Shown in pieces: positions 1 through 14,740 of a stretch of 64,000 nt of DNA. This DNA comes from Chrysomallon squamiferum (Eukaryota; Animalia; Mollusca). A program made the translations under genes and the position numbers. The DNA is taken from positions 15,500,001 through 15,564,000 of the forward strand of contig CM022669.1 of the NCBI GenBank assembly GCA_012295275.1, written 5' to 3'. The notes beneath the pieces were generated by a model. It saw only the letters and a program-made list of their open reading frames with translations. It was not told where the DNA came from and ran no database searches. Numbering within the stretch: the stretch's first letter is position 1; each line of letters begins with the position of its first letter.

Positions 1-400
1 CGTTAAAGTAAACATATTTTATTTTTAATGTGGCGGTGATAAGTTGAGAATGTTAAGATAGATGAGAAAATAAAAATCTGCAAGCTGTTTCTATCTCTCT
101 CACAGATAACGAAGCTAATTTAGGAGTTTACGCACTGTTTACACGACGTATTCCGGCTCAGAACCTTCAACCCTCAGATATCCCCTGCTTCCACAGTGTA
201 TAGGGACACCACACTGTCAGTCTTAAAATGGATTAATTTCACCTTTATCTGCAAGTCAGCGTACTCGTCGATATCAACAAAAATAAAAACATAATACTGC
301 TGCTAGCAATAAAAAAAAAAAATTAGCCTTATCGTTCACGATATCAACACCTCTTCTTACAGAGTTATCGTTCGTAGCTTCTAGAAAGTGTGCACAGTCG

Positions 401-445
<45 letters not shown>

Positions 446-696
446 GATTGGAAATGTTAATAGTTTTTTTTTACCAGTATATCGTTATTTGTGTTTTGAT
501 AGGTTATTTCTTTTTGTCATCGATGTTTTAAAGGATTACTCGTAATCCATGTCGTGTTTGTTATTTTCTAGCTATTTTATAAAAATTTTATAAAACGTAA
601 CGTTGTAATGCTATATTTTGGTTACTGTGTTAGTGCAGATGATGGACAAATAGTATTAATACTGATGTTACGGTATACTCATTAATCCTCTCTAAC

Positions 697-727
<31 letters not shown>

Positions 728-1299
728 CTATGTATGTATACTTCACCAAAGTTAACTCAACTGCCTATATATTGTCATTAAATCACTCTTTCTTTTCCCA
801 TGCATATACCTTATAGAAAAACACGTACATCTAAGGTTCGCTCTCGTAGTTTCAGTTAAAATACACACACACACACACACGCACACACAGAACACACAGA
901 GAAAAACCCACGCAGATACTCAAAAGACACGCGAGCCTTTGTCTCTGACCCGATTTCACACATCAGCGAGAAACGAACCCGGAAACCTCGACATAAATAG
1001 ATCACAGATCGCAGATTTAATTCATTAATGGACTGAACATACCCAACAGCGATCGATTTTGTCAGTCAAACGCGGCTTCGTTTAAGGTCTGGTTAGTTCC
1101 ATTCACAAGCGGATGGTAAATATTAAGTCTGAAAATAAGCAGTAAATACGGCACCGTTTCAGGATATCCTCCACTTAAAGTCCCTTCAGTTAAACAAACC
1201 GCGCCTGCGTCGATTCAGATAAACGACGACACCGTTCAGGATAAAACTCTTCCCATTAAAAGTTAGCATTTCCGAGATTAAAGGTTCTGATCACAAAGG

Positions 1300-1335
<36 letters not shown>

Positions 1336-3142
1336 GAAAAGAAGTTTGTGTTTCGAGATGAAAGATTTTGATCACATAGTTAGTAACATTTGCACTTCAT
1401 TCATAATTGCTGTTTGCGTCTTTAATTCACCCTGATGGGCGATATTAAAAGTTATTTTCTTTAATAATCCACTTTGGATGTTCAGCTTGTCTTTAAAAGT
1501 GTTATTAATGTGCAGAATTGACTGCTAAGTTGCATATGTTAATGATGCTAGCGAGTTAAGCATAGTTAGTATTCAGTAACATATAGTTCATAATTTGTTG
1601 ATGACGGAAAACGAAAGATGGTGAAGTAGATGCTTTGAATGGGTGGATTAATACAGGACTTATCATGGAAGCATATAAAAATAAAATAAATATACCGATT
1701 GGTTTGCTAGATCGTTTCGTACTTTGGTAAAGAGATACTAATTGATTTAGAGATGGAAAATAGGTAGATAACAGAGAGAAAGGAAGACAAACAGACAGAC
1801 AGACATATAAATAGGAGATTGGTAGGAATAGATAGGTAGGTAGGTGGTTAGATATATCATAAGATACATAGTTAATTAGATAATAGAGAGATAGACAAAT
1901 AGATAAACAGAAACGGAGTCACAGAGACTGACAAACTGACGGAGGCAAAAGACTGATATAGATTTCTCGTGGATACGTCCGCACTGAATACGTAGGTATG
2001 AGTCCAGAAGGCAATTTTATTAGCTGTAATCTGACTCCAGTCGGATAAGAGAGAAAGGGAAAATATATCAGTTTAATCACACATCGCCACATGCTTTCCA
2101 ATAACTCTCTAGGAGATAAATAACCACAGCGAACTGAAACAAAAGGGAGGAAAGCAGAAACTCGTTGCTGCCTGTAGTCTAATAAAGGAAATACATTTTA
2201 ATAAACAACCATGACCAGCAACTAGAAACAAAATGAAAAATCTCAAAATAACCGCTTGTTATCAAAAGAAAAGAAAAAAAAAAAAAAAAAGAAATAAAGA
2301 AAAGAAAATAAGAAACAAGAAAGACGAATACATTGACAGAGAGAAATGAAAAAATATAAAAATAAAAATAAAATAAAATAAAATAAAATAAAGAATAAAA
2401 TGAAAAGAAAAAAAGGAAGGAAACAAAGAAAGAAAGACAAGAAAACAGAAAAGAAAGAAATAAAACTAGTATGTAAGGCTTGAGGGCCAATTAAAAAAGG
2501 TGACATTGTTATTTATTTAATTCGGTTTGGCAGACAAACGTTTATTGTCAGCGCTGGCTAACGTAAAATGCTTTGGCTAACATATTGCATCAGTCCAGGG
2601 CAAAGTCGCATTCCTCGAACAATGAGGATATTTAATAACGGGCTTACTATCCAATTTGCGAAACATCAATTCGATTAATCTCACTGCTCAAAGACAGAAG
2701 CAATTCGGTTAAAAAAAAAAAAAAAAGGAAAAGAAAAAAAAAAAAAAAAAAAAAAGGCGTGAGATAAAGTTTAGAAAAAAAAAAAAAAAAAAAAAAAAAC
2801 CCTGAAGAAAAAGAAGATGAAAAACCAACCAGACAACAACCAAAAAAAAAAAAAATAAAAAAAAATAAAAAAATAAAAAATAAAAGCAAAAAAAGAACAA
2901 CAAATAAAACAGCTGCAATACAAATATAAAACACAAAACAAACAAACAAATCAAACAGATATAGATCCAGTTTAAAGGGAATATTTTATGTGTTTGTTTG
3001 AGTGACTGTTTTTGTTGACGCGTCTTGTATATCAGTCGTTCTATTTGTCAGTAAGAGCGAGAGCGAACTCCTCAAACAAAACAATAAGCAAGCAAATACA
3101 TTATTTAATAACATAAAATCTCACTCAGACACACACACACAA

Positions 3143-3193
<51 letters not shown>

Positions 3194-3410
3194 AAAAAAA
3201 AAAGGAAAACCAAATATCAAATTAGATTCGATCAATTTCTTTTTCGGTCTTTCCCTTTCTTTGTTTAGATTCGATTAATTTGAATAGAATAGTGTACTTG
3301 TTTAATTATTATTATAATTATTATTATCATTATTCTTCTTCTTCCTGACCCCTCCCCCGATATAATAAAGTACACTTTACTATCCTAGATTACGAGACAT
3401 TACTAGTAAA

Positions 3411-3530
<120 letters not shown>

Positions 3531-5048
3531 ATTTCTATATAGGAATTTTCTTGCAGGTGATTCAACTTCCGAACACCTGCAACTTCTCTAGGTGCACAGA
3601 GTATACCCCTCATCCCACATCATCATGTACATGTACGTTTATTGTTGTTTTTTTCATCCATAGAAACGTAAGAACTGCAAACTCGCCCACTCTATCACTA
3701 AAAAAAAAGTGCTGATATTTGACATTTTTGAACCTAATGTTTTCGCCTGACGGAGAAAGGCTTTTAGTATGTTTATACAGAATTTTTTTTTTTTTTTTTT
3801 TTTCTGGAATTTTATAGATAAAGACCTTGGCCGGTAGATTACCTGAAAGAACGTCTGCCACCATTTCCGAGAATAGCGGTGGCATTTTAATTACTTTTAA
3901 TGACGTAAAAAAGATTCTGCATTAAATAATGCAAAAATAAAAGTAATAAAAAATAATATATATAAGGAAAACAATGTATAAGGAAAACAATATTAATAAA
4001 CAAAGGGAGTAAAGTCATTCTCAAGGGATAGAACAAAACACTGCACCAGAGAACAACAGTTTGACTTTAAACGAAAGAATGGTAGACGATACTATCCGAA
4101 TAATAAAAACAAAAGCAAAAGACTGTAATTATAAAACAAAAACAAATAGACAATTATACTGATATTGCATCGGTATGATATCATCTTATAATCAGTGTAA
4201 AATAAATTACTGAATTATGACTAATATGAAAAGAAACCTAACAAAGAAAGAATGATAACCAAAAATAAATGATTGGCATCATTTCACATCTTGATACGGA
4301 TTGGTTTAAAGAAGAGCAACATCATTTTAAACCACGCGGACTAGAAAATGTTTATTATAATAAAGGAAAACAAAAGCAAAGAAGTAATGTCATTGAAAAA
4401 GGATTGCATTTTAAGAAAAACAAATATTTTTAGAGAAAGCTTTATGAACGATACGTATGGAAAAACGACAAGAACAAAAACACATTCACACACACAACAA
4501 ATCTTACAAAGAAAACGAATATAATTTTAAAGACAAAAACTGAACAGAATATTGCTTTGTGTCCCCAAAACGGTAAGATTACAGAAAACAAAGATAGAAG
4601 ATTTTGATAACACGCCTAAAAGAAAAGATAATGTAAATGAAAGAAAAAATGTAAATCATGGTAATGTCTCTGGATAGGAGACAAAGATCAAAAACATTGT
4701 GCTAATCGCCACAGACAAGATAGCATATACCATGTTCTTTGATAAATTAGTCGTCTATAATCGTCTGATACAAGCTAGAATGGGAAACGACCACTCAGAG
4801 CGAAATTATGTTACACTGTATGTGATTTTATGTTACAAAGTCTTATTATGTATTGTTAAATTGCACTACGTCATGTTACACTGCTTCCCTTTGTTGTTAC
4901 ACCGTCCTGTTATGTCATGTTTGACATTGTTATGATGTACTATGCTAGGAAACGGTCATGCATCAGCCTGCATTATACATTATATAGTAAACTGAACTAT
5001 TAACATTTAAAAAAAAAAAAAAAAAAAAAAAAAACTGTTCGAACTTAC

Positions 5049-5657
5049 CTGTGGTATACTGAACAAGGCACTAAATCCCCAAGCTAGAAGAATCATGGTT
5101 CGAACCCGTAGCGTCGCGCCGTTGCGTCTCATCGGATCCAAAATGGCGATACACCGATCTAGACTGATCGCTACGGTAATGTACGTGGAAAGGTACAAGG
5201 CAAACACTTGCATGTATTTCACCGATTTACACACCAGGTCCCCTCCATACCACTGGACAGTGGCCGCCCAGGCCGCTTCGGCCGCTATACAGAAAAATGT
5301 CACCAACAAGTCAGCCAGAGCGAGGTTCACGATCAACGTATTAATCGTAGATTTCCGGCGACGCATCCTGTACATCTGAATCAACGTAGCCACGTTTCCG
5401 ACAAACGAGACTACGAACATGGCGCCGAAGACGACAGTTTTCGTCATGCTGACGTCATCAAAAGTTGGGATCTTTTTCGGTGGCATAAATGTTGTGACGA
5501 TATTAAAATATGACGTCATATTATCGTCGTATATATCGAGAGTTAAATTGTTACGAAGCGCTCGATTGGTCATCTCCATGATCTTGTCTTCGTGGGCTTT
5601 TAGATAGGTGTAAGATACAATGGCGCCATCCATAGAAGGGATTTTTACCAGGGACAT
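5049..5657 (-). CDS. GnRHR: First coding exon (partial CDS, 203 codons from first in-frame ATG) of a rhodopsin-family neuropeptide GPCR of the GnRH/AKH/corazonin receptor superfamily, most like corazonin-type / molluscan 'GnRH' receptors
   Basis: Translation shows N-glycosylation sequons (NLT, NMT), TM1 'FVVSFVGN', TM2 'NLALADLLVTFFC', ECL1 'TVQWYGGDLVCK', TM3 'LYLSTYITVAISLDRC' and TM4 'AWGFSALFSIPQ'. It ends at donor CAG|GTAAGT (exon end 5049, phase 0). An in-frame TAA lies just upstream; ATG candidates are 5657, 5633 and 5579. The track's GTG start and FFFF tail are artefacts. Later exons were not found in 1-5048 and probably lie left of the window. Confidence 0.93.
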
Positions 5658-5686
5658 TGAAACAGTGGTCCCCTGCACTTTCCCAT
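5645..5686 (-). promoter_or_regulatory. Upstream ORF (MGKCRGPLFQCPW*) overlapping the first in-frame ATG of the receptor
   Basis: ATG at 5686-5684 to TAA at 5647-5645, out of frame with the GPCR and spanning ATG 5657. Confidence 0.55.
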
Positions 5687-5730
5687 TCAGTTGTACTTAT
5701 ATATCTTGCCCTGAAAAACAAGAACGAATT
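5658..5730 (-). other. Splice acceptor and 5' UTR part of the GPCR exon (exon begins at 5710)
   Basis: Minus strand reads TTCGTTCTTGTTTTTCAG|GGCAAG: a polypyrimidine tract plus AG at 5712-5711, implying at least one non-coding upstream exon. Confidence 0.7.
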
Positions 5731-5976
5731 CAAATATTTATTGTCTGCATCAATCACAACAGCTGTCATATTAATTTCAATTTATTAAAAATCGATACAT
5801 AGCTATTCCAGTGTATAATGAATTATGATTCAGGTGAAAGAGAAAAGAAGAGTAATAATAGAAACACATCAACAAAAGAAAAACAAAAAGAGAAAAAAAA
5901 AAAAAAAAAAGTTAATATATTTTCACTTCAAAACAAATATTTGATTAAAAAAAAAAAGACAAAAAACAACAACAAT

Positions 5977-6015
<39 letters not shown>

Positions 6016-8989
6016 AATAAATAAAGAAAAAGAAAAAGAAATTAAAAAAAACAACAAAAAAAACAAACAATAACACATTAGATGTAACAAATATACAGCA
6101 AGAAGGAACAATATAATTTGTAAAGAACAAACTGATTTACTGGTAGTAATAATAAAAAATTGTTTCTGTTATTGTAGCTGGCTTTTTGTTTTTTACTCTT
6201 TTTTTTCAACATCTATGGTACTCTTAATATCATTACTACAGCAGTCAAAGATGTAACTATTACTATTAAACTACTACTACTACAACAACTAAATCTTGTA
6301 CAACTAAAACCTCTGCTACTTCTACTGCTACTGCTTCTTGTGCTACTGCTGCTACTACAACGTTTGCTACTGATGCAAGATACTACTACTACTACTACTA
6401 CTAAAATGACTACTTCTATTACCTCTTGTCCTACTAATCATGATGCTAGTTCTTCAACTAATAAAATGATAATAACTTTACAAAAAACTAATTTCAAAAC
6501 AAAACTTACTGACGCATGCAGCAACAAACCAAAACATAACTCCATCATCCAGAGAGAGAGAGAGAGACAGAGAGAGAGAGACAGAGAGAGACACACAGAG
6601 AGAGAGAGAGAGATGCATCATGATCACGAGATGTCATAACAATTACATACACAGATTTACAATTACGTACAAAGTCCGACTGCAAGACGACAGCAATCTG
6701 ATTAGAGTTATGATAACACTGCTCTATCACATACATTAGTTCAGTACTCAGTTCAATACAGAGTTACCCGACCGGAATGTGTATTATGTAAACACAGGCG
6801 CCCGACAGCTGACAACTGTTAAAACCTTGTTCAGTTCATTGTACTGCAAGAACAGTCTTTCCGATGTTCGCATATTGTTACAAATGTGTCAGCGATCTAT
6901 AACGATCTGTTTAATAACGTCTTGAAATAAACTTGACAACTTTACGATATTCACACATGAAAAATAAAGTTAATAGCCGTATGATTTTGACAACGTCGTT
7001 TTTTTGTTTTGTTTTTTTCACTTTTCTTTCTTTTCGTTCTTTCTTTCTTTCATTCTTTATTTCTTCTTTTTAATTGTTTTATTTATTGGGACATTATCGT
7101 GGAAGTATAGGTAATGGTACAAAAAGGAGAAGAGATATAGTTGAAGTCGTTGCAGATGTTGTAGTAACAGTATTAGAAGGAATTGCAGTTCTTGGATGTA
7201 TAGTCGTAGTTACAACAGCAGTAGAAATAATAACAGTAGTAATAGTGCCAGAGGCGGTGGTTGTAATAATAATAATTGTAGTAGTGGCTGTAGTATTAGT
7301 AACAATAACCGAAGCAGGAACAGTTGTTGTAGCAGTAATCTACGTAGTGGCAGTAGCAGTAATAATAATAAAAATAACACACTGATTATGATGATGATAA
7401 TCATTACAGCTATTTAACAATATGAAGACGACAATGATGTTGACGACGATGATCGTATTGATATTTGCATAATGAAACTCACAATTTATTTATCAAATGA
7501 AATTCATTTCGACGTAATTTGCCAGCAGCATATTGCTATTTGTCTTGTTATTAACATGATTGCAGAAAAGCCTTTCTGACATAAAAAAAAAAAAAAAAAA
7601 AAACAGGCATGAAGGATGTTGAACTCGATTCAAAATGATTACATATTCTTAACTAAATAAATTGCAATATCAGTGGATTTGTCATTAGCTTTCAAAAAGT
7701 AAGTGGACATCTATTTACTCGGATTTATTTCGTAACCCGGAATTTGAAGAAGAAGAAAATTAAGAAAATTAAAAAGAGAAAAAAAAAAAGAAAGAAAGAA
7801 AAATTAAATAAAAAGTATCTGAATAAAAATAAAAATAAAATGAAATCAAGTGAACTGAAGTGAAATAAAATAAAATAAAATAAAATAAATAAATTGAAAT
7901 GAAATGAAATAAAATAAATAAATAAAAAAAAATAAATAAATAAATAAATACATCAAGAATAACAAAAAAACCCAATCAAAAAACAAACCCTTCAAAAAAA
8001 AAAAAAAAAAAAAAAAAAAAGAAAAAGAAGAAACAACACTATATTAAAAAAATGAGAGTAATAATAAAAATAACAAAATAAATAAAATGAAACTTAAAAA
8101 ACTAAACGGAAAATGACAAAGTGTTTTAATATATTACCACTGCTACAACTTTTCTACACTTATAATGTTTACACTCATTTCTTTTTCTTCAAAAAAAATA
8201 AAAAATAAAAAAATAAAAACCAATATATAATATTAATTTAAAATACTAAATCCGTAATAATCTGAACGTACAGCGTACAACATACTTTAAAAAAATATTT
8301 ATTATGTTTCTTTGCATTAATATGCACGTATAGGAACAAAAAAGTAAAAAGAAAAAAGAAAAGAAAAAAGAAAAAAACAAATGATGTTACCACAGAATGA
8401 ACGAACAAAACTTTTGTAACATAACACATAATCAAATACATTTATAAAGTAGTCTATCTGTTACATACATACACAGTAATACCTACCTTCTATACTGCAT
8501 CTATAACACTGACCGCAACATAACATACATAAATAATCCGACGAACAAAATGACCGCATTTTACAACAGTTACGCTAAATCACAACTGAGATAAAACTAA
8601 TGCACACTTAAGAATTTATTTTTGCCTTCATTGTACTTCTATTACTTATACATATATATTATAATTTACATGCCAGGTATACGTTCAACATGCCTGTCAA
8701 CTGTTCTAAATCGATCTCATAGCGTTTGCAATCCCTTTTGTTACCACTGCAGTCAGCGAGACTGTTTCTGCGTTACTCTGTGGGCAATTTCTTGGCTACT
8801 TCTGCTGATAAGGAAGGCAGTGGAACTTAGCTCGACTAGAGAACAGCAATATCACACTCTATTTCTGACGCAAGAGCGATTATTTGTAATTTACGATTGG
8901 AAGAGAATCGGAGAGAAACAAAAGTTCCCTGTTTTAAAATCTTAGTACGTAGGAACCGGCTGTTTTGATACTAACGTGTTAACACACTA

Positions 8990-9078
8990 ACCTGTTAATA
9001 AGTTAGCATACTAAAACTGTAACTTTCTAATACCTGTTAATCCGTTAGCATACTAAATCTGGTAACTTATTAATACCA
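8990..9078. repeat. 42-bp tandem repeat, 2 diverged copies
   Basis: ACCTGTTAAT..GTTAGCATACTAAA..TG.TAACTT..TAAT starting at 8990 and 9032. Confidence 0.75.
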
Positions 9079-10074
9079 TGGCCTGCTAAAATATAGCCCG
9101 TTTTTTTTTTTTTTTTTTTTTAGCTTGTTAAAACGCTGACCTGCTGCTACTATTATATTAACCTGAAACCACTAACCCACTAACCTTCTAACCTGAAATA
9201 TGTATTTGTCTCCTGTAACTGCAGTACAGTGGCAGCCCTTTATTCCGGTAGTTACAGTGTGGTTACTGTGCTTTGTTAAAGCGTTGTTGTTTTCATTAAT
9301 AAATTAATCGGTTGAAACTATGAATTAAAATGATACATTATACAAACAACGAAACCGTAGCTCCAACATTACCTACGACAGCTGGGCGGTAGCTTCAGAA
9401 ATTTATTTATTTTATGGTCACTTCTTCTCGTTCCTGCGTTTTCACGTATACATTGTAAACATTTCTCATGATGAATTTGTATTTCATTGCGATGTCTACT
9501 GTTGGACATATATTAATAATAATTAAACAACTTAGGAATTTATGTGCACAAACATTAAACGTAGTTTGTGAGATACAAACATGTTGCTGATCTCTGTGTC
9601 ACGAGTTTTTATTTTACTGCGATATTAAATGTTAAATTGTCAGCTGTAAAGTGGAAACTGGAACAAAAGAAACATCGCGAATAAAAGTACAAACGATAAA
9701 TTTAAGGAGAGTGACAGTTGTTACAAATATATGCATAAAACTGTTATATATTTATTCGTACATGCATGCATACATGCATGCACACATACATACGTATAAA
9801 AAAAAGTCTAACATCATATAATATGAATGGTTCATATTTAGAAAAAGAGTAACAGTAAATAAATAAATAAATAAATAAATAATAATGATGATGATGATGA
9901 TGATGATAATAATAACAAGAACAATAACAAGAACTACAACAGTAAAAATAATTATATAAACAGTAATGGTGGTAATAGTAGTAGTAGTAGTAGTAGCAGC
10001 AGCAGTAGTAGTAATAATGATAATAATAATACTACAAGAAGAACTATAAGACGAAGAAGAAGAAGAAGAAGAAG

Positions 10075-10109
<35 letters not shown>

Positions 10110-11033
10110 AAGTGACAGCAGAGCAACAACAATTGCTAAAAACAGAGATCAATAGGAACGCTTGGCTTGGATCAGTATTATTGTGTAAGATATAAAATTA
10201 GTTTGTCTCTAATTTTATATCTTATACAATAATAACTATTTATTCTATGTACTTTATTACACTACCTCTTACAGATTAACAGCTATGACTTCGCACAATT
10301 ATAATTGTGTTAAGTAATCGGGCACTAATATTAGAAGATAATAGTTCCGCTTATTGTGTCTTAATATGCACGTATTATTTGGCAGGACAATAGAACATCT
10401 GTCCGTGTGTGTAAATACGCCAACTTGCCATCTCTCCTTCGTTTTGCTATTGTAGTTTACGTAAATGTTTGCAACAGGCAAGAAAATGGTCGATATTGTA
10501 CGTAAAAAGAACGGCGGATTTATGTACATACTTTCAGTTCTGTTAACAATATTTAAATGAAACGTTTAATGCTATTGATCGGTGTAAACAAAGTCACAGA
10601 TATTTTTTTTTTTTTTTTTTTTTTTTATTTACTTCTATTTCTTATGTTGTAATATTTTTTTTTATTTGGTTCTTTTGATGCATCCGACTAGTATTCTAGA
10701 TTTGTATGTATGTATGTATGTTTGTATGTATGTATGCATATATATATATATATATATATCTGTGTGTGTACGTGTGTGTGTGCGTGCGTGGACAGACACA
10801 CACATAAACATACACATATACACACACTCACATATATATAGATGCACATATACGTACGTACATACATAACTACGTACTCATCTACCTACCTACTTACCTA
10901 CACACACACACACACGCACACACACACACACACACATATATAAATATGAAAAATAAATAATTGAAACGTCATCATAGAAATCTGTATTAAATGCTTTTTC
11001 GATTTCACAGAGACTCTACCGACTTGAATTAAA

Positions 11034-11161
11034 ATCTAATAGCAAACTGCATTAAAATCGAACTGTAAATGTTTACATCTAATAGCAAACTGCATTAAAA
11101 TCTAACTGTAAATGTTTACATCTAATCGCAAACTGATTAAAATCTAATCGTATAGATTTAC
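11034..11161. repeat. 43-bp minisatellite, 3 copies
   Basis: ATCTAATAGCAAACTGCATTAAAATCGAACTGTAAATGTTTAC-like units start at 11034, 11077 and 11120. Confidence 0.9.
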
Positions 11162-12499
11162 GTCATTAAACTGATTCAAATGTATAGTATATATTTTATT
11201 TAGATGAGTAATTTCAGTCTTAGATCTAATAACCTACTACCAGAATCACTCTTAATGATTATAAATGAACTGATACGGTTGCTACTACCTGTTAATGTGT
11301 TTGCCTACGAAAACTATAACAGAAAACGTTTTCCTATAAATAATTATAACATTTTAAAGACATCATATATTCGTTTTTATATCTTTACGGTATATATATC
11401 AATGTATATACATAAATATGTCCTAATCCTAATCCAGACTCAAGGATACACTCCAGGAAAGATGAGCTTTAGCCTGGAAAACCAGGCTACTTAGGTTACA
11501 ATATTAATGCTCTTAATTCCCGTAATTGTTATGCTGTGACGTACAACGGAACCTAAGTTAGTGTGTCATCTGATGTGAAGAGTTAGGGGAGGAAAAATGT
11601 GCAGTAAAATTCGTCTCGTTCTTTCGTTTACGAGTATAACGACGGCATGATTACGTGTCGCCTTTGGCAACTACGCTTCTCGTTTCTCGTAACCAGAAAA
11701 GAAAGATCGGTCGACCTTTTCCAGCTCGTTCGAGCTGGTCTTTAAGTTCTGTCATTTGGGGGCAAAAAAAAAAGCTGATACCTACTTGAACCTCTGAGGT
11801 ATGCACACGTGTGTGTGTTTTTTCGTTAGTACCTTTGTCTGTACTCACGTGCGTATTTCATGCATCAATGAGATCGTGAACGGAAATGTTTGTCATTTCC
11901 CGTGGAGCAGTGCGGTCTGCGTTGTGTACTCGCTTCTGACGCACGTTGTTAATCTTGTATTAATCAGAAAACAAGGTTAGACGCTTGTCAAAAGCACATA
12001 ATCACATTTATTAAGACATTAGAGTCTTTGTGTGCAGTCTTAACGTGGATGAATAGATCAGTATTTAGTGTGCATGTATTAGATATAAAAGATCGCTGAA
12101 TCAGTTTTTTTTTTTTATAGGGAGAGAGCCAAATGAAAACTGATGGTATTATGCAGTATTCCTCTGTTATATATCTCAAGAAAAATACAGTTAATCTTTT
12201 TTGACGATTTAGTTAAAATCTATTTGATTTTTCATCCACACCTACTTACTTTTCCATATCCAGGAAAACAACGATGAACTTAACAAACCAGAGCATAACG
12301 AGCATTTTTCACGCTGCTGCTTAGATCTTTTACTGACTGACTGTTCGTTGAATTATAAAGTTGAAAAATGTTAACATTTGTACATAGATAGTTACTAACG
12401 ATTGGTTTCATGCACTTTACTGATTGTTATTATTAACTCGAAATAATCCATAACAACATGCTCTCTGTGCTTGTGAAAAGCTCTGAATGGCTCAGGCTT

Positions 12500-12541
<42 letters not shown>

Positions 12542-13117
12542 TATACGTATATATATTTTCTTCTTCTTTTTAAATAACATTTAATACATAAAACTTTATT
12601 AAATGGCTGATAGACGATATATTTTGTGACGATGTTTATTTGCATGTGTGTGTGTGTTTTCGTTAGTGCGTGCGTGTGTTAAATGTTTCGTCTTATTTTT
12701 GTCTTATTTTGTACATTTAAATAACGAAAATACTAGCATCCAGGAATCGCGTGCATTCGCCTTAGTTAAAAACACATTTTATTATATCAGTTTAACTAGT
12801 CCACTGAACTCTGTTCTATAACGTAAACAGCCCTGTTTGATAATTTTTATTAACTGCACAGTTGTGTTTGCATGGGTTTTTTTCAGGTATCTGAATGTCT
12901 GGTCTTTATCATTCACTTTTGATGTCGGCCAAAGAGTGCTACATTCCGTACTTAATTAGATATTATTTTTATCTGCCGAATGACACAAACGACCCCTTTG
13001 TTCAGAATGCTGTAGTCAGTCTGGATAAACTTGCCACGTATGATTATTGTTAGTTGAAAGTGAAAGTGGCACTAGCCAGATGACCAAGAAAATGAAAAAA
13101 GCAGAGACAAAAGAGAA

Positions 13118-13237
<120 letters not shown>

Positions 13238-13372
13238 CGAGAGCAAAATGTTCTTACAGGTATTTCAGCATTTACACAAAAGAAAATCGTTCAGAACAGG
13301 TTTGCTAGTGTTAGTTAACTGAGGGAAAATTTGGCAAAAATGTTTTACACTACACTGACATGTTTGTGCCGA

Positions 13373-13512
13373 CACGTGGATATGATGACCCAATAGCCGC
13401 AAATTTTCAAATTTCTAATCATGTCTACAATTAGTCTGTCCACTGATTGGTCAAAACTGAGAAGCCGGACAGTGTGTGACGAACAACCAATGGGCTGGCT
13501 GCTTTCTATTAA
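13373..13512. promoter_or_regulatory. Candidate promoter/enhancer: E-box plus three CCAAT boxes
   Basis: CACGTG at 13373; CCAAT at 13390; CTGATTGGTC (strong NF-Y consensus, ATTGG at 13446); CCAAT at 13487; all in non-repetitive DNA. Confidence 0.35.
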
Positions 13513-13872
13513 AGGTCAAAACCAGCCGATAATGCGTACTTGTCACAGAATTTACAACGTCAGCAGCGTAGTGTAAATATGCTAATTTTCAACCCGACAC
13601 CGTTTATTGTCTTCCTCAAAAATAAAGCTGCATCTTCATTTTCGGCCTTTCAGACAAAAACAGGAATATAAATTAAACCGCTGTTGCGCTATTTTAGCGA
13701 CTGAAAGTGAAAAGCAATGCAAATGGCAAAGCTGTGTCAGCTATTTTTGGGATTTTGCTGAGAGATAATAAATATTACAAAGCGTAAAGAGCTTTTAAGT
13801 CGAAAACTATGAACTCTCTGTCACTCTTTCTCTCTTATCTCTGACTATATGTCTGTGTTTCTGTCTGGCTGT

Positions 13873-14275
<403 letters not shown>

Positions 14276-14524
14276 TTAGTATTTCGTGTGTGAATGTGTG
14301 CAGGAGTCTGAGCCAAGTTTCGAAAAGCCACAAAAACAACAATCAACAATCATACATTTTCAGCAGTGCATTTCAGTGGAGTCAGTGTTGTTTTCGTAAT
14401 TTCCTGAACAGAACGTAAACATCAAGATACACAATCAGACGCAGGAAAATAAACATAACCCCCCCAAAAAAACAGTCAGCTAAACAATTTAAACAGTTAT
14501 CTTTTCTTCACCAGAATATGGGAA

Positions 14525-14559
14525 TAATAAATAAATAATAAATAAACGAATAAATAAAA

Positions 14560-14598
<39 letters not shown>

Positions 14599-14740
14599 AT
14601 GAATAAATAAATAAATAAATAAACGAATAAATAAATAAATAAATAAATAAATAATAAATAAACGAATAAATAAATGGTATAAATTAAATAAAAAATAAAT
14701 AAATGAATAAGTAAGTAACTAAGTATGTAAATAAATAAAT
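14525..14740. repeat. (TAAA)n microsatellite
   Basis: Direct inspection; a similar tract lies at ~54740-54935. Confidence 0.9.

Noticed and set aside
5095-5802. Plus-strand ORFs overlapping the GPCR exon
   Set aside because: Antisense shadows of the real exon with no recognisable motifs.
11721-11738. Perfect hairpin CCAGCTCG-TT-CGAGCTGG
   Set aside because: An 8-bp stem is plausible by chance in 64 kb, with no supporting context.
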